64,000 nt of DNA from the IMG/VR virus record IMGVR_UViG_3300047444_000299, positions 64,001-128,000 of that record; one strand, given 5' to 3'. This document shows positions 14,863-24,877 of this stretch, piece by piece (the first letter of the stretch is position 1; every line of letters begins with the position of its first letter). Source of the DNA: a virus (lineage: Duplodnaviria; Heunggongvirae; Uroviricota; Caudoviricetes). The translations under genes were made by a program, and so were the position numbers. Below the pieces are notes generated by a model that was given only the letters and a program-made list of their open reading frames with translations, did not search any database and had not been told where the DNA came from.

Positions 14863-17800
14863 TTACTTGCTAATTGCTGCGATCAATGCCGCAACTTGTT
14901 GTTTTAGAGTTTGGATTTCTTTATCCTGCTCTTTGATTGCTTCCACCAATACCGGCACCAAGCGCTCATATTTCAGAGTCAGGTAGTTTTCACCGGTCAA
15001 CGATTCACCTTTAACATCAGATGTATCGAATGGGGCGCGTTCTACCGCTTGTGGGGTAGTTGCTTGAACATCTTGAGCCAGTAGCCCAATTTCTTGTTTC
15101 TCTGGATCATATCCGAACGAAGCACCCAAGGCGTTAGCGTTATAGGTGTAACCAGTCCAAGCCCGAACAGTGTCCAAGGCGTTAGCGATTGGTTTCAAGT
15201 TCTCTTTCAGACGTTTATCGGAGTAATACGCGATTACGTTACCAGTTGATGCAATATCGTTCGATACATACAGCCCTTTAGATCCGTATACACGTACCCA
15301 AGTTGTATCCTGCATAAAGATACCGCCACCGAAATCTTGGCTGTACCACCCGGTTGCACCAGACGAACGCCACCAGTTGCTATGGGTAGTTGTTCCGGTA
15401 AAAGTATGTGTTCCACTGAATGCCGCTGTACCAGAAGCAGTTAAAGCACCTGCAACAGTCACGTTAGCATTGAATGTCCAGTTTGCACTGGATTGCATCG
15501 CACCGGTTGACAACGCCATGATAAGTGGTCGGTAACTGTTATATGTACCGTATGGGTCACCTGACGCGGTTTGCATCAGATACAGGTTAGTACCATCGTT
15601 ACGCCAGAAACTACCGTAGTTACCTTGAACTTGTCTGTAGCTGTTTGTAGCCGCCGATTGTAGTTCACCGGCAAAAAGGTTGACCGATCTATCAAGTTTT
15701 GCAATGTTTGGATCAATTGAAGCAGCACCAGTAACCGTAATACCGGTTTCACTGGTGATAATAGCCGCATCCCAAGTACCGGTATCCCATCCCGCAAGGC
15801 TGGCCCCGGTGAACCCTAGATTGACATCTTTAACAGTAACAGTTGGGAATGACCAAACCGATGTTGTAGTACCAATCAGAATGCAGTTGTTTGTACCATC
15901 AAATGCGAATCGTACAGTTTGACCCATCGCAGATGTTGGGCCGCCGTTTGTACTTGCCGACACGTTAATCCATGCTGGTGTACCGTTATAGTTATAACCA
16001 CCTACCAGCAACTCAGTATTGGTTTTATCAACACCATAATCGAAAATACCAATACGCATTTTCATCATTGTGTTGTTATACCCAACCGGTAAAACAATTT
16101 TCAGCGTACCAGTGATTGTGCTACCACCACCACCAACAAACTTAGTCAGAACCTGATCATAAACTTTAGCCGACGTACCAGTACGCGAAATCGGACCAGT
16201 TAACAACCCACCAGTGGTTGGGAGTTTAGTCGGATCGGCAATGGTAATGTTCGCAGTACCATCAAAGTTTACACCGTTGATTGTACGGGCAATGTTAAGC
16301 TTAGATGCAGTTGAAGCTAATCCAAGAACGTTAATGTTATAGGTCGAACCATCAACAATAGTCGAAACTGTAATCCAATCCGACCAAACCCCACCACCGG
16401 CTGGGTTAAATTGTCTAAATTCAATAGCCGGGTTACCGGTGTATTGATAGGCCATCTGGAATCTGGCTGATGTGTTCGAAATCGAACCAGTCCAAATTGT
16501 GTTAATATACCAGTAGGTTGACCCGGCATTTGGTGTGTTAATATGATTGGTTACAATCAGGTTAAGCAATGTAGTGTTAGGGTCATCACCAACCAATGCG
16601 GTTGCGGTGTTCTGAGCCATCTGAGCCGCGATTACACCACCAACTTTAACGGTATCTAATGCCATTGCAGCGGTTGAACCAGATGCCCCTAGGAACTTGG
16701 CATCGGCTTCTGCTTTGCTGTAAACATTCAATGTACCACGGGCCGCGTTAGGGTCCGGTAGATCCGATAGGTTCGAAGTCTTTTTCAGGTACGGTGAACC
16801 GTTAACAATGCTTTCCCAAACATATTTCGATCCGTTCCAACCACGATAGATGTAAGTAACCATCAAACCGTTATCAGCAGCGGTATAGGTCAGGTTGGCA
16901 ACCCCACCATCCAGAAGCTGGGTAGAAGTGTTTTGTAGACCGACGTTAACCGGGAATGCGGTCGAGTTGATTACAGCAGTAACGGTGTCACCGACTCTTA
17001 CTTGATCAATTTGCGGCAACAGGATTGTTTGACCAGATGCACCGGTAAGGGTAACAAATGAATTCGCAATCATCGATCCAGTGGACATCGCCGGAACAGC
17101 AGTTGTATCGTTAGTTGTGAATATCGACCATTCACCCTGTTTGAACAGGAACAGGGTTTTGCTACGTTGTTTGATTCTGTATGTTGTGGTGTTTTGTGTC
17201 ACACCGTTCATACGGAAGAAACCACCACCGGACGCGGTAACCACTAAAGATCCTGTTGCTACAGGATCTTGGAACTTAGCAATTACTTCAACCCAATCCC
17301 CATCAGATACCGATGTCGAGATTGGTAGGTTCAATGTTTTAGCAGTACCGTCTAATGTAACAAATACACTCTGGTTAACCAGTGGGGTCAGGGTTTCCAT
17401 TCTACGACCGGAACTGGCTACGCTAACAGCTTTCCATTCACCCGATGACTGATCGAACAGCATCGAAACAATACTACCATTACGGTTAATTACATACGAC
17501 GCAGAACCGTTGATGTTCTTACCGTTACCGTTGATTGTAATGTTAAAGTTTGCCGCGTTGGATACACCATCCGAAACCACAACCCATTGGCCTTGAACCG
17601 GGTTGATTGGTAGAATAACGGTGATCGGAGCTGTAGTTAATTGAACATAGTTGAACGTATTAGGTGCAACGGTTTGGTTTGTACCAATCAGTTGGTATTG
17701 CGGTCTTGCAATACGAACAACCCGCCATGTACCACCCAAGAACACAACCTGAGTTGTATCAGATGAATTGATGGCATAGGTTGACACACCAGAGTTGTTG

Positions 17801-18258
17801 AATGTGTTTGTACCGGCGCTCAGAATAATCGGGTTGGTTGACGCAGTACCTTCATCGATGATAAAGACCACATCACCTTCCTCTGCAATCACCGGTAGGG
17901 TAATCGTTACAGAACTGGAAGCTGTGTTTAACAGCAGGCAATCACCGGGTTCGGCTGTATAAGCACCCGCGATTCTCTGCCATAGGTTGAAGGCGTGGAT
18001 TTCTGTCCATGCATTTAGATCAAATGCCCCGACTGCAATAGCCGATTTGGCTTTGTACAGGCGATCCGAACGCTCCACGATGAATCCTTGTGGGTATGTA
18101 CGGGTTGGATCAAATGTCTGTACGGTGTTCTTAGCCACCAGATACTGGGCGTTGACCGCATCTGTTGGGTTGATCGGGTCACCAACGTTGATGACCTGCA
18201 CGCCGTTGGAATCGACGCCTAATCTGGCTTTGAAAGGTTTTGCTTGTGGTCCGCTCAT
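14863..18258 (-). CDS. long tail fibre protein (gp34-like N-terminus, gp37-like C-terminus with peptidase S74 chaperone)
   Basis: N-terminus PFKARLGVDSNGVQVINVG..DAVN.QYL..NTVQ.FDPTR.Y matches T4 gp34; C-terminus YYSDKRLKENL...LKYERLVPVLVEAIKE is an intramolecular chaperone. Confidence 0.9.
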   Translation of the reverse strand: MSGPQAKPFKARLGVDSNGVQVINVGDPINPTDAVNAQYLVAKNTVQTFDPTRTYPQGFIVERSDRLYKAKSAIAVGAFDLNAWTEIHAFNLWQRIAGAYTAEPGDCLLLNTASSSVTITLPVIAEEGDVVFIIDEGTASTNPIILSAGTNTFNNSGVSTYAINSSDTTQVVFLGGTWRVVRIARPQYQLIGTNQTVAPNTFNYVQLTTAPITVILPINPVQGQWVVVSDGVSNAANFNITINGNGKNINGSASYVINRNGSIVSMLFDQSSGEWKAVSVASSGRRMETLTPLVNQSVFVTLDGTAKTLNLPISTSVSDGDWVEVIAKFQDPVATGSLVVTASGGGFFRMNGVTQNTTTYRIKQRSKTLFLFKQGEWSIFTTNDTTAVPAMSTGSMIANSFVTLTGASGQTILLPQIDQVRVGDTVTAVINSTAFPVNVGLQNTSTQLLDGGVANLTYTAADNGLMVTYIYRGWNGSKYVWESIVNGSPYLKKTSNLSDLPDPNAARGTLNVYSKAEADAKFLGASGSTAAMALDTVKVGGVIAAQMAQNTATALVGDDPNTTLLNLIVTNHINTPNAGSTYWYINTIWTGSISNTSARFQMAYQYTGNPAIEFRQFNPAGGGVWSDWITVSTIVDGSTYNINVLGLASTASKLNIARTINGVNFDGTANITIADPTKLPTTGGLLTGPISRTGTSAKVYDQVLTKFVGGGGSTITGTLKIVLPVGYNNTMMKMRIGIFDYGVDKTNTELLVGGYNYNGTPAWINVSASTNGGPTSAMGQTVRFAFDGTNNCILIGTTTSVWSFPTVTVKDVNLGFTGASLAGWDTGTWDAAIITSETGITVTGAASIDPNIAKLDRSVNLFAGELQSAATNSYRQVQGNYGSFWRNDGTNLYLMQTASGDPYGTYNSYRPLIMALSTGAMQSSANWTFNANVTVAGALTASGTAAFSGTHTFTGTTTHSNWWRSSGATGWYSQDFGGGIFMQDTTWVRVYGSKGLYVSNDIASTGNVIAYYSDKRLKENLKPIANALDTVRAWTGYTYNANALGASFGYDPEKQEIGLLAQDVQATTPQAVERAPFDTSDVKGESLTGENYLTLKYERLVPVLVEAIKEQDKEIQTLKQQVAALIAAISK

Positions 18259-18322
18259 TATTACCTCGGTGTCACTATCGACCGGTTTGTTTAGATGCAG
18301 ACGAAAATCTGCTATGATTATC

Positions 18323-18330
18323 TATTTATA
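18323..18330 (-). promoter_or_regulatory. T4-type late promoter
   Basis: TATAAATA upstream of the long tail fibre gene. Confidence 0.75.
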
Positions 18331-18379
18331 GGGGAAAATTTTGATGGAATCGATTCGAAACAAAATTCCATGAATTCTG

Positions 18380-18408
18380 TTTAGGTAGACCGGAAATCAT
18401 GGTAAAGT
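18380..18408 (+). promoter_or_regulatory. class 2 promoter
   Basis: TTCTG-TTTAGG-17-TAAAGT. Confidence 0.65.
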
Positions 18409-18445
18409 GGCACCAAATGAACGAACCCAAACCAGTATTTAGAAG

Positions 18446-18778
18446 GTGGCGAATTTGAAGAAAACGAAAGCCAAGGCCAAGCCAACAGGCCCGGTAGAAG
18501 ACACAGTGTTCTATACACTGGGTTGGGAGACGGGTGTGGGGGTATTTGTCAGGATGGGTAACAACCCGATGATGCCGCATCAGATGATCATTCGACCGAT
18601 TGCCTGTGTCAGTTCCCAAGATCCGACCAAGCTCTGGAACGACGGCCACCGGGGCGAAATCTCAGTGGGTAGTCGCGACGTGGTACGTTGCTCTGCGGCG
18701 TATGTCTATGGTTGGATCAAAATGCAAGAGACTTTGACTCAATACCGAGCATCAATAAAAGGTAAAAAGAAAGCGTGA
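18446..18778 (+). CDS. hypothetical protein
   Basis: GTG start, 110 aa, GTGA overlap with rnh. Confidence 0.6.
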   Translation: MANLKKTKAKAKPTGPVEDTVFYTLGWETGVGVFVRMGNNPMMPHQMIIRPIACVSSQDPTKLWNDGHRGEISVGSRDVVRCSAAYVYGWIKMQETLTQYRASIKGKKKA

Positions 18779-19677
18779 GTTTAGCGGAATTTCTGGGTGA
18801 AGAAGAACGAAAATCTGGTTTGATGATTGTCGATTTCTCCCAAATCATAATCAGTACAATCAACGCGACATTCCGACCAACCGAAGAACTATCAGTTGAT
18901 TTGATACGTCACGTTGCTTTGAACTCGATTCGTTTCAACGTTCTAACCAATAAAGCCATCTACCCAGATATCGTTCTGGCGTGTGACCGTGGGCCATACT
19001 GGCGTAAAGAGATTGCCGAGTATTACAAGGCCCACCGAAAAGACCAACGAGACAATTCCGGTTGGGATTGGAAAGTGATATTTGAAGCGATGAATCAGGT
19101 TCGTGAAGAACTGCATTTGATCTTTCCTTACAGAACCATCCAGATTGCCGGGATTGAAGCGGATGATATCGCCGGGGTTCTGACCCACCAGCTTTGGCAC
19201 AAATATGATCGAATCCTTTTGGTTTCGTCTGATAGTGACTGGGCGCAGTTGTCCAAGTTCAAGAACGTGAAACAATGGTCACCTATCCAGAAGAAATGGG
19301 TTGAACCGAAGCACGGTTCTGCACACTTGCATTTGATGGAAAAGATCATCAAGGGCGACCCAAAGGATTGTATCGCTAGCATCAAATCGGTTGCAGACCA
19401 TTTGATGAATTTCCGGGATACACGCCAAAAGTCGATCTACCAAAAAGAGCTTGACATATGGATGCACGAACCAGTGGAAAACTGGGGCGATGAATTCACC
19501 ATCAAGCGGTTCCACGAAAACCAGAAAATGCTGGATCTGGGGATGATTCCTCAAGAGATTCAGGACAAAATCATGGCCGCATTTGACGAACCCCGCCCTA
19601 ACGGTGCCGGGATCTTTAACTATTTCATCAAACATCGTTTGAAGGAAATGCTAGGCCGCATCGGAGAGTTTGTATGA
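18775..19677 (+). CDS. rnh: RNase H / 5'-3' exonuclease (T4 type)
   Basis: VDFSQI, DIVLACD, YWRK....YYKA.RK, EADDIA, SSDSD..QL, IIKGD.KD.I; divergent from gp34 as in T4. Confidence 0.93.
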   Translation: MSLAEFLGEEERKSGLMIVDFSQIIISTINATFRPTEELSVDLIRHVALNSIRFNVLTNKAIYPDIVLACDRGPYWRKEIAEYYKAHRKDQRDNSGWDWKVIFEAMNQVREELHLIFPYRTIQIAGIEADDIAGVLTHQLWHKYDRILLVSSDSDWAQLSKFKNVKQWSPIQKKWVEPKHGSAHLHLMEKIIKGDPKDCIASIKSVADHLMNFRDTRQKSIYQKELDIWMHEPVENWGDEFTIKRFHENQKMLDLGMIPQEIQDKIMAAFDEPRPNGAGIFNYFIKHRLKEMLGRIGEFV

Positions 19678-20264
19678 GCTATACACAGTTGGAAGCCGCA
19701 TTTGTTAAACAGCTTGATTGGGCTAATCGCGAACTTCGCACCACCGAACAATGGTGGGATGATGTATCCAACGATCCAGAAAAATTGATTCTCTGGCTCA
19801 AGGATCAATTCTACGGTGAACAAACGGCTGCGGCTCGAATTCGCGGCCTTCTGGATCAATACCCGGACATTACCAAGACCGAAAGAGAATTGGTGACCAT
19901 GATTGCCGACGATGAAGACAAGCACGCCGAATGGGTGAAAGGTCTTCTGATCGCCCGTGGTATTCCGGTTACCTATTTCCGTGAAAAGAGCGTTCGGTAT
20001 TGGGATAAAACCCTACCGAAAGGTGATGCAACCTTCTCCCAGATGTGCGCAATCGGTCACCATGCCGAAGTGATGCGACTGGAAAGGATCAAATTGCTGG
20101 CTCAGGATGGGCGGTTTGATGATATTGCCAGAGTATTTGGTAAGATCCTCCCGGACGAAGAATTCCATACCAAAGCATTCAAGGTGATGTCAACCCCGGA
20201 AGACATCGCAGCCGCGTTGCCTGCCCATCAAGAAGGCATGAACGCCTTGGGTCTGGTAGCGTAA
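19674..20264 (+). CDS. ferritin-like di-iron protein
   Basis: Paired E...ExxH motifs: YGEQTA / DEDKH and HAEVM / DEEFH. Confidence 0.75.
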   Translation: MSYTQLEAAFVKQLDWANRELRTTEQWWDDVSNDPEKLILWLKDQFYGEQTAAARIRGLLDQYPDITKTERELVTMIADDEDKHAEWVKGLLIARGIPVTYFREKSVRYWDKTLPKGDATFSQMCAIGHHAEVMRLERIKLLAQDGRFDDIARVFGKILPDEEFHTKAFKVMSTPEDIAAALPAHQEGMNALGLVA

Positions 20265-20292
20265 GAAAATTTCGAATTCTGGTTTGATTCTG

Positions 20293-20321
20293 TTTAGGTC
20301 AAACCAGAATTGTGATAGAAT
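20293..20321 (+). promoter_or_regulatory. class 2 promoter
   Basis: TTCTG-TTTAGG-17-TAGAAT upstream of rIIA. Confidence 0.7.
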
Positions 20322-20354
20322 TTGCATATCAAAACATAGTGAGTAATTAATTTA

Positions 20355-22496
20355 ATGATTGTAACCCAAGGCAGCAACGCAGTCAGTAACATCGAAGACC
20401 GCCACGCATTCACCATCAAAGCTAACGCAAAAGCATTCAAATTGCTTTCGAGCAACCTGTATAGTAACAAACCACTTGCAATCCTACGTGAAATAGGTTG
20501 TAACGCACTCGATTCCCACCAAGCCGCTGGCAAAGCAGACGTACCTTTCAAACTGGTACTACCGTCTGATATGCACCCGTGGCTGGAAATCATAGACTAC
20601 GGTACTGGTCTAGACGACGATCAGGTGAAAAACATATTCACCACTTATTTCGAATCCACCAAAACCACCAGTAACGATTACATTGGTGCGATGGGTCTTG
20701 GATCGAAATCACCGTTTTCGTATACCGATGCGTTCGAAGTCTATGCCCGTCAGAACGGCGTACAGAACACCTATACCTGTTTCTTAAACAAGTCTGGTGC
20801 GCCTGAGCTGTTCCTATTGGAAACGAATTATGATGATCCTGAAAAGGGTATCAAGTTCGAAGACGGCGTGACCATCAAGGTTCCAATCAAGGCAAACGAT
20901 TACGAACTGTTCCGTAAGGCTGCATTACAAGCCTATCGTTTCTTCCCTGTCAAGCCTTTGGTGGGTGTGACTGGTAAAAACTTCCAGTGGGATGAAGTCA
21001 ATTATGGATTTGAAGGAACCAATTTCAAGGTTCTGAAAGGTTCGAAACAGTGTTTCGCGCTGATGGGTCCGGTTGCCTATCCTCTGGATTTGACCCAATT
21101 CACTACAGACGGTTTCATGAAGCGTCATATGGATGCTGATCTGGGTGGGTTTGTGATCGATTTCGGCATTGGTAAGCTGGATGTCAACGCCGGTCGTGAA
21201 GGTCTGTCGTATGACGAAGACACCATTGAAAACCTAATCGAAGGCGTCAAAAACATTCGTGCTGAAATGGCTGCGAAACTAGAAGCCGAGATTGAAGCTT
21301 GCCCGACGATTTATGATGCAATGCGTTATAATGCAGATAAAGACCCAAAAGGTTTGTTCAAACTGCAATATAAAGCAAAAGGTATTGGTAACGTTCTGTA
21401 CTACCGATTTGTTGATGATAAAAACATGGCTGAATGGCAGTGTAAAGAAATCAATTCCCGGTACAAAGAACGCCTGAAAGATGTCAGGGCGCACGAAATC
21501 ACAATTTCCCCGGCGAGCGGTGGTAATTTTGTTCTGATCGACGTTAAACGCAAGTATCAGAAGAAAATTCGCTGGACTTCCGAAAACATGTCGAATACGA
21601 CTTTCCTACAGGCACTGGATAGCGCCGATGGTAAAGATCAATTTGACGATGTGATTGCGAAACTTGAACTGGATGGTACGCCGTACAAATTCATTTCCGA
21701 TATCGTGGATGAATCGCCGGTAATGACCCGTGGGCCTTCTGATCCAACGGTAGCCGCTGCTCGGGCCAAGATTACCTATTCAGGTTTCTATAAGTACCAG
21801 CAAGCCCGTGGGGTGATTGCTGTAGGCCAGCACACCAATACCAATGGTGTTGAACAGGATAACCCGGATACCCTTTACATCAAATGGGATACCAGCGCTA
21901 AGCGCTATCAGTTTGGTAGTAGCATCGTATCTGGTGACGAAATTTCTCCAGTGATCTGGGGCATTATTGATGGAATCATCAAGGATACAGGCCGACCACT
22001 GGTTATTGCTACACAGAAGGTCTACGACAAGATCCCGGAAGACTGGGAAGACATTTCAGAACTGATCCCGGCGAAGCTGGCTGTTGTAATGTCGAAACAA
22101 TCCTTTGTCGAGTCTCAGCACAAATGGGCTTGCACTGGCTTGAATCTTGAACAAGCTAAATATGATGCAGCGGTGAATGACCCACAGGTCAACCCGATGT
22201 TCAAAGAATATTTTGATGCAATTCGCGGTATCACGTTTGGCACCTCGTATGATTACCTGACCATTCAGTTCATTAAGAATGTGTACGGCGATTCGAAAGC
22301 TGCCAATCCGTTTGGTTTTGTCTCGAAATTCGCAAACCATGTTTTCAACCTGCAAATGTTGAAAACACTGGCTAACCGCCACTATAGCAATTGGCCTGAA
22401 ACAGAATTCAAAGAATCTTTGATTGTGTTTAGCTCGATGGTCAAGTGTGGTATTATAGACGAACAAAAGCTGAAAAGCATTCTGATGAAGAAGTGA
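20355..22496 (+). CDS. rIIA: RIIA lysis inhibition protein
   Basis: F.IKAN.KAF.LLSSNLYSNK.LAILREI.CNA.DSH, DYGTGL, GAMGLGSKSPFSYTD, LDV.AGRE.LSYD. Confidence 0.95.
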   Translation: MIVTQGSNAVSNIEDRHAFTIKANAKAFKLLSSNLYSNKPLAILREIGCNALDSHQAAGKADVPFKLVLPSDMHPWLEIIDYGTGLDDDQVKNIFTTYFESTKTTSNDYIGAMGLGSKSPFSYTDAFEVYARQNGVQNTYTCFLNKSGAPELFLLETNYDDPEKGIKFEDGVTIKVPIKANDYELFRKAALQAYRFFPVKPLVGVTGKNFQWDEVNYGFEGTNFKVLKGSKQCFALMGPVAYPLDLTQFTTDGFMKRHMDADLGGFVIDFGIGKLDVNAGREGLSYDEDTIENLIEGVKNIRAEMAAKLEAEIEACPTIYDAMRYNADKDPKGLFKLQYKAKGIGNVLYYRFVDDKNMAEWQCKEINSRYKERLKDVRAHEITISPASGGNFVLIDVKRKYQKKIRWTSENMSNTTFLQALDSADGKDQFDDVIAKLELDGTPYKFISDIVDESPVMTRGPSDPTVAAARAKITYSGFYKYQQARGVIAVGQHTNTNGVEQDNPDTLYIKWDTSAKRYQFGSSIVSGDEISPVIWGIIDGIIKDTGRPLVIATQKVYDKIPEDWEDISELIPAKLAVVMSKQSFVESQHKWACTGLNLEQAKYDAAVNDPQVNPMFKEYFDAIRGITFGTSYDYLTIQFIKNVYGDSKAANPFGFVSKFANHVFNLQMLKTLANRHYSNWPETEFKESLIVFSSMVKCGIIDEQKLKSILMKK
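22428..22456 (+). promoter_or_regulatory. class 2 promoter inside the rIIA 3' end
   Basis: TG-TTTAGC-17-TATTAT upstream of rIIB. Confidence 0.55.
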
Positions 22497-23362
22497 TGAA
22501 GAAACTAGAACTACGGTTTATTATCAACGAACAAACGATTTACGTTTGGTTGGAAACCGAGAAGGGCCAGAAAATGTCTGGCACCTTCCTCCGCGCAGAA
22601 GATCCACAAGCATTTGAAACATTAGCGAAAGCCCTGAAAGAAGACAACAAAAAGAAAATCAAAGAACTTGTTTCGATGAAATTCGACCTGATCCAAGCTA
22701 TCAATAGTTTCGGTGATGGTAAAGTTGGCTTCACTGATGGCGATCTGTTCTATGTTACCCAAGATGGTGATAAGAACCCAATCGATACCAAGCTGACCGC
22801 GAAAATCAAGGAATTGATTCGTACCGGTGCTGATGCTGGTGTATTGGTTAAGTTCTTGGATAACTTGCTGGATAACCCAAATCCACGCTCGATCAAAGAT
22901 TTCTATGACTTCTTGATCGTAAACAATCTGGCAATGACCGAAGACGGCCATTTCCTAGCATACAAGATCGTTGGGCCTAAGTTCCTAGACCTGTATACCG
23001 GTAAAATGGATAACAGTCCGGGTGCTGTAGTTCAAATGGATCGTAGCAAGGTTAACGACGATCCTAGACAGACTTGCTCGCATGGCCTGCATATCTGTTC
23101 GAAAGATTACCTACCGAACTACGGTGGCTTCTACGGCAGCGGTAACGGCAGTAACAAGATTGTTGTGGTCAAGGTTAACCCGAAGAACGTTGTTGCGTTC
23201 CCATTGGACTACAACAACGCCAAAGCCCGTGTATGTGAATATACGGTAGTTGGTGAGTTTGTTGTTCGGGAAACTCTGAAAGAGCAAATTGCCAAGATCG
23301 AAGCTGGTGTAACAGTCAACATCGAAAGCGTTAAGAAGCTGATTGCGGAAGCAATGGCTTAA
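22496..23362 (+). CDS. rIIB: RIIB protein
   Basis: KFLDNL..NP, MTEDGHFLAYK.V, MDNSPG..V.M.RS.VNDD..QTCS.GLH.CS..Y, VVKVNP.NVV..P.DYNNAK.RVCEY.V. Confidence 0.95.
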   Translation: MKKLELRFIINEQTIYVWLETEKGQKMSGTFLRAEDPQAFETLAKALKEDNKKKIKELVSMKFDLIQAINSFGDGKVGFTDGDLFYVTQDGDKNPIDTKLTAKIKELIRTGADAGVLVKFLDNLLDNPNPRSIKDFYDFLIVNNLAMTEDGHFLAYKIVGPKFLDLYTGKMDNSPGAVVQMDRSKVNDDPRQTCSHGLHICSKDYLPNYGGFYGSGNGSNKIVVVKVNPKNVVAFPLDYNNAKARVCEYTVVGEFVVRETLKEQIAKIEAGVTVNIESVKKLIAEAMA

Positions 23363-23425
23363 TTGATTAATAATGAGTTGGGTGTAACAGCCCAACTCAT
23401 TGAAGTTTAATTGTGAGAGAAATTT

Positions 23426-23737
23426 ATGAGCGTTATTGAAACTGGCAACTACGACCACCTATCCCCTACCGAACTGAAATCGGTGCAAGACGCTGCGAAA
23501 GAAGCGGCTAAATCCCTGATGCGCAGCGATGCCGAAAAAGATGTTCGAAACGGTATCAGTGCGATGGTCAAAGAAGAATTCAATATCAAGAAATCCGACT
23601 TCAACGATCTGGTAAACCGTTACCATCGTCAGGACAAAGAAGCCGTGACCGCCAAACGTGAAAACCAGAACGCATTGTTCGACAAGGTGTTCCCGGATGG
23701 TCCTACCCCACTGAATGATGACGAAGCCGATGAGTAA
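23426..23737 (+). CDS. dsbA: double-stranded DNA binding protein
   Basis: KEEFNIKKSDFNDLV..YH.QD matches T4 DsbA; position upstream of gene 33. Confidence 0.8.
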   Translation: MSVIETGNYDHLSPTELKSVQDAAKEAAKSLMRSDAEKDVRNGISAMVKEEFNIKKSDFNDLVNRYHRQDKEAVTAKRENQNALFDKVFPDGPTPLNDDEADE

Positions 23738-23960
23738 AATCATTCAATTCAGTACAGCGGTTGAAATCCATGCCCGTGATACAGCGTGTAGCTATATCCA
23801 AGCGTGTCTGGAAATCGCAGACCAACAGGAAATTGACGAGGATAAAATCTCGAAATACATTTCCGAATCCCTGAAACAAAAGATCGAAATTGAAGCAGTT
23901 CGAGAAAACACCTTGCGTGGCAATTCGGCTGGTTCAAGCTCCCTAACCGACTTTATTTGA
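23730..23960 (+). CDS. 33: late transcription coactivator gp33
   Basis: SYIQACLE.....I......KYIS..LK.KIE.EA....LR; synteny dsbA-33-59-32. Confidence 0.85.
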   Translation: MSKIIQFSTAVEIHARDTACSYIQACLEIADQQEIDEDKISKYISESLKQKIEIEAVRENTLRGNSAGSSSLTDFI

Positions 23961-23969
23961 TGGTGTACG

Positions 23970-24593
23970 ATGTCCAGTTTGATGCAAATAGATCCAGATT
24001 CGATCCCAACTGGATATCGTAGCGGGTTTGAGGCATACAAACTGTATGTTGCGGTGTCGTCGCATATCACCCAACCAAAATTTGATGCATCCAAATACCG
24101 GTGGAAACGCAAGATCAATCAGGCTCATGGGCCGGATTCGTTTCCAGACAAATACACATTTGATAAAATTGCCAAACGATACCCACGCGAAGAATGGTCC
24201 CTCCTATTTGGTCGGGCTAGCATCAATTCCGGGTGGGTTCGTGACATTCTCAGCGACGATGCAGAACAACGGTATCTAGAATCCCGTGGGTTCATTGAAA
24301 ACGCGGAAAATAAATTTGAGATTCTGTTTAGGTCATACCTGATTTCGTTGCATAATAGAGGTATGAAGTTCGCAGATTCGCTAACCGGCCAAACCCCTTG
24401 GATATTCAATCAGGTTCAACAGAAAGTCTATCCAATTGAGTTTTGTGTTCTGGTTGATTTGATACACCCCTTCCTAGCAACCACAGATTCTATCGTGTAC
24501 GGTGGAATTGCCCAAAAATTAACCAAATACAGTAAATTGTTCTGTATTGACAAAAAGATATTATCGAATGTCGTTAAATCCGCATGTAGTTGA
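23970..24593 (+). CDS. 59: helicase loader gp59
   Basis: FEAYKLY.....H.....FD..KY.W; synteny. Confidence 0.8.
   Translation: MSSLMQIDPDSIPTGYRSGFEAYKLYVAVSSHITQPKFDASKYRWKRKINQAHGPDSFPDKYTFDKIAKRYPREEWSLLFGRASINSGWVRDILSDDAEQRYLESRGFIENAENKFEILFRSYLISLHNRGMKFADSLTGQTPWIFNQVQQKVYPIEFCVLVDLIHPFLATTDSIVYGGIAQKLTKYSKLFCIDKKILSNVVKSACS
24327..24356 (+). promoter_or_regulatory. class 2 promoter inside gene 59
   Basis: TTCTG-TTTAGG-18-CATAAT. Confidence 0.5.
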
Positions 24594-24837
24594 TATTTGC
24601 TTAGGGACTTGTCAAACCCCATTCAGATTTAATCCAACCAAAGTTCACGACTTGTATGCCAAAGAGAGCTTCTTGTATATCGAACTAATGGTCGATGCGA
24701 GATTTCTGGTGCCGTATGAATTCGAATATCTTGAGCTAGATGATCTTTGGAAAGACTTTCGAGCAATATCTGAGATTTTGACCGATATAAATACTACGTC
24801 ACCAGAGCGTGACGAGTTAGTAAAACTAAACAAATAA
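24547..24837 (+). CDS. hypothetical protein between 59 and 32
   Basis: 96-aa ORF overlapping the end of 59; start uncertain. Confidence 0.45.
   Translation: MTKRYYRMSLNPHVVDICLGTCQTPFRFNPTKVHDLYAKESFLYIELMVDARFLVPYEFEYLELDDLWKDFRAISEILTDINTTSPERDELVKLNK
24786..24793 (+). promoter_or_regulatory. T4-type late promoter for gene 32
   Basis: TATAAATA. Confidence 0.65.
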
Positions 24838-24877
24838 TCAAATCAATTAAAATTAATCAAATCGAGTAAAATTAAGA

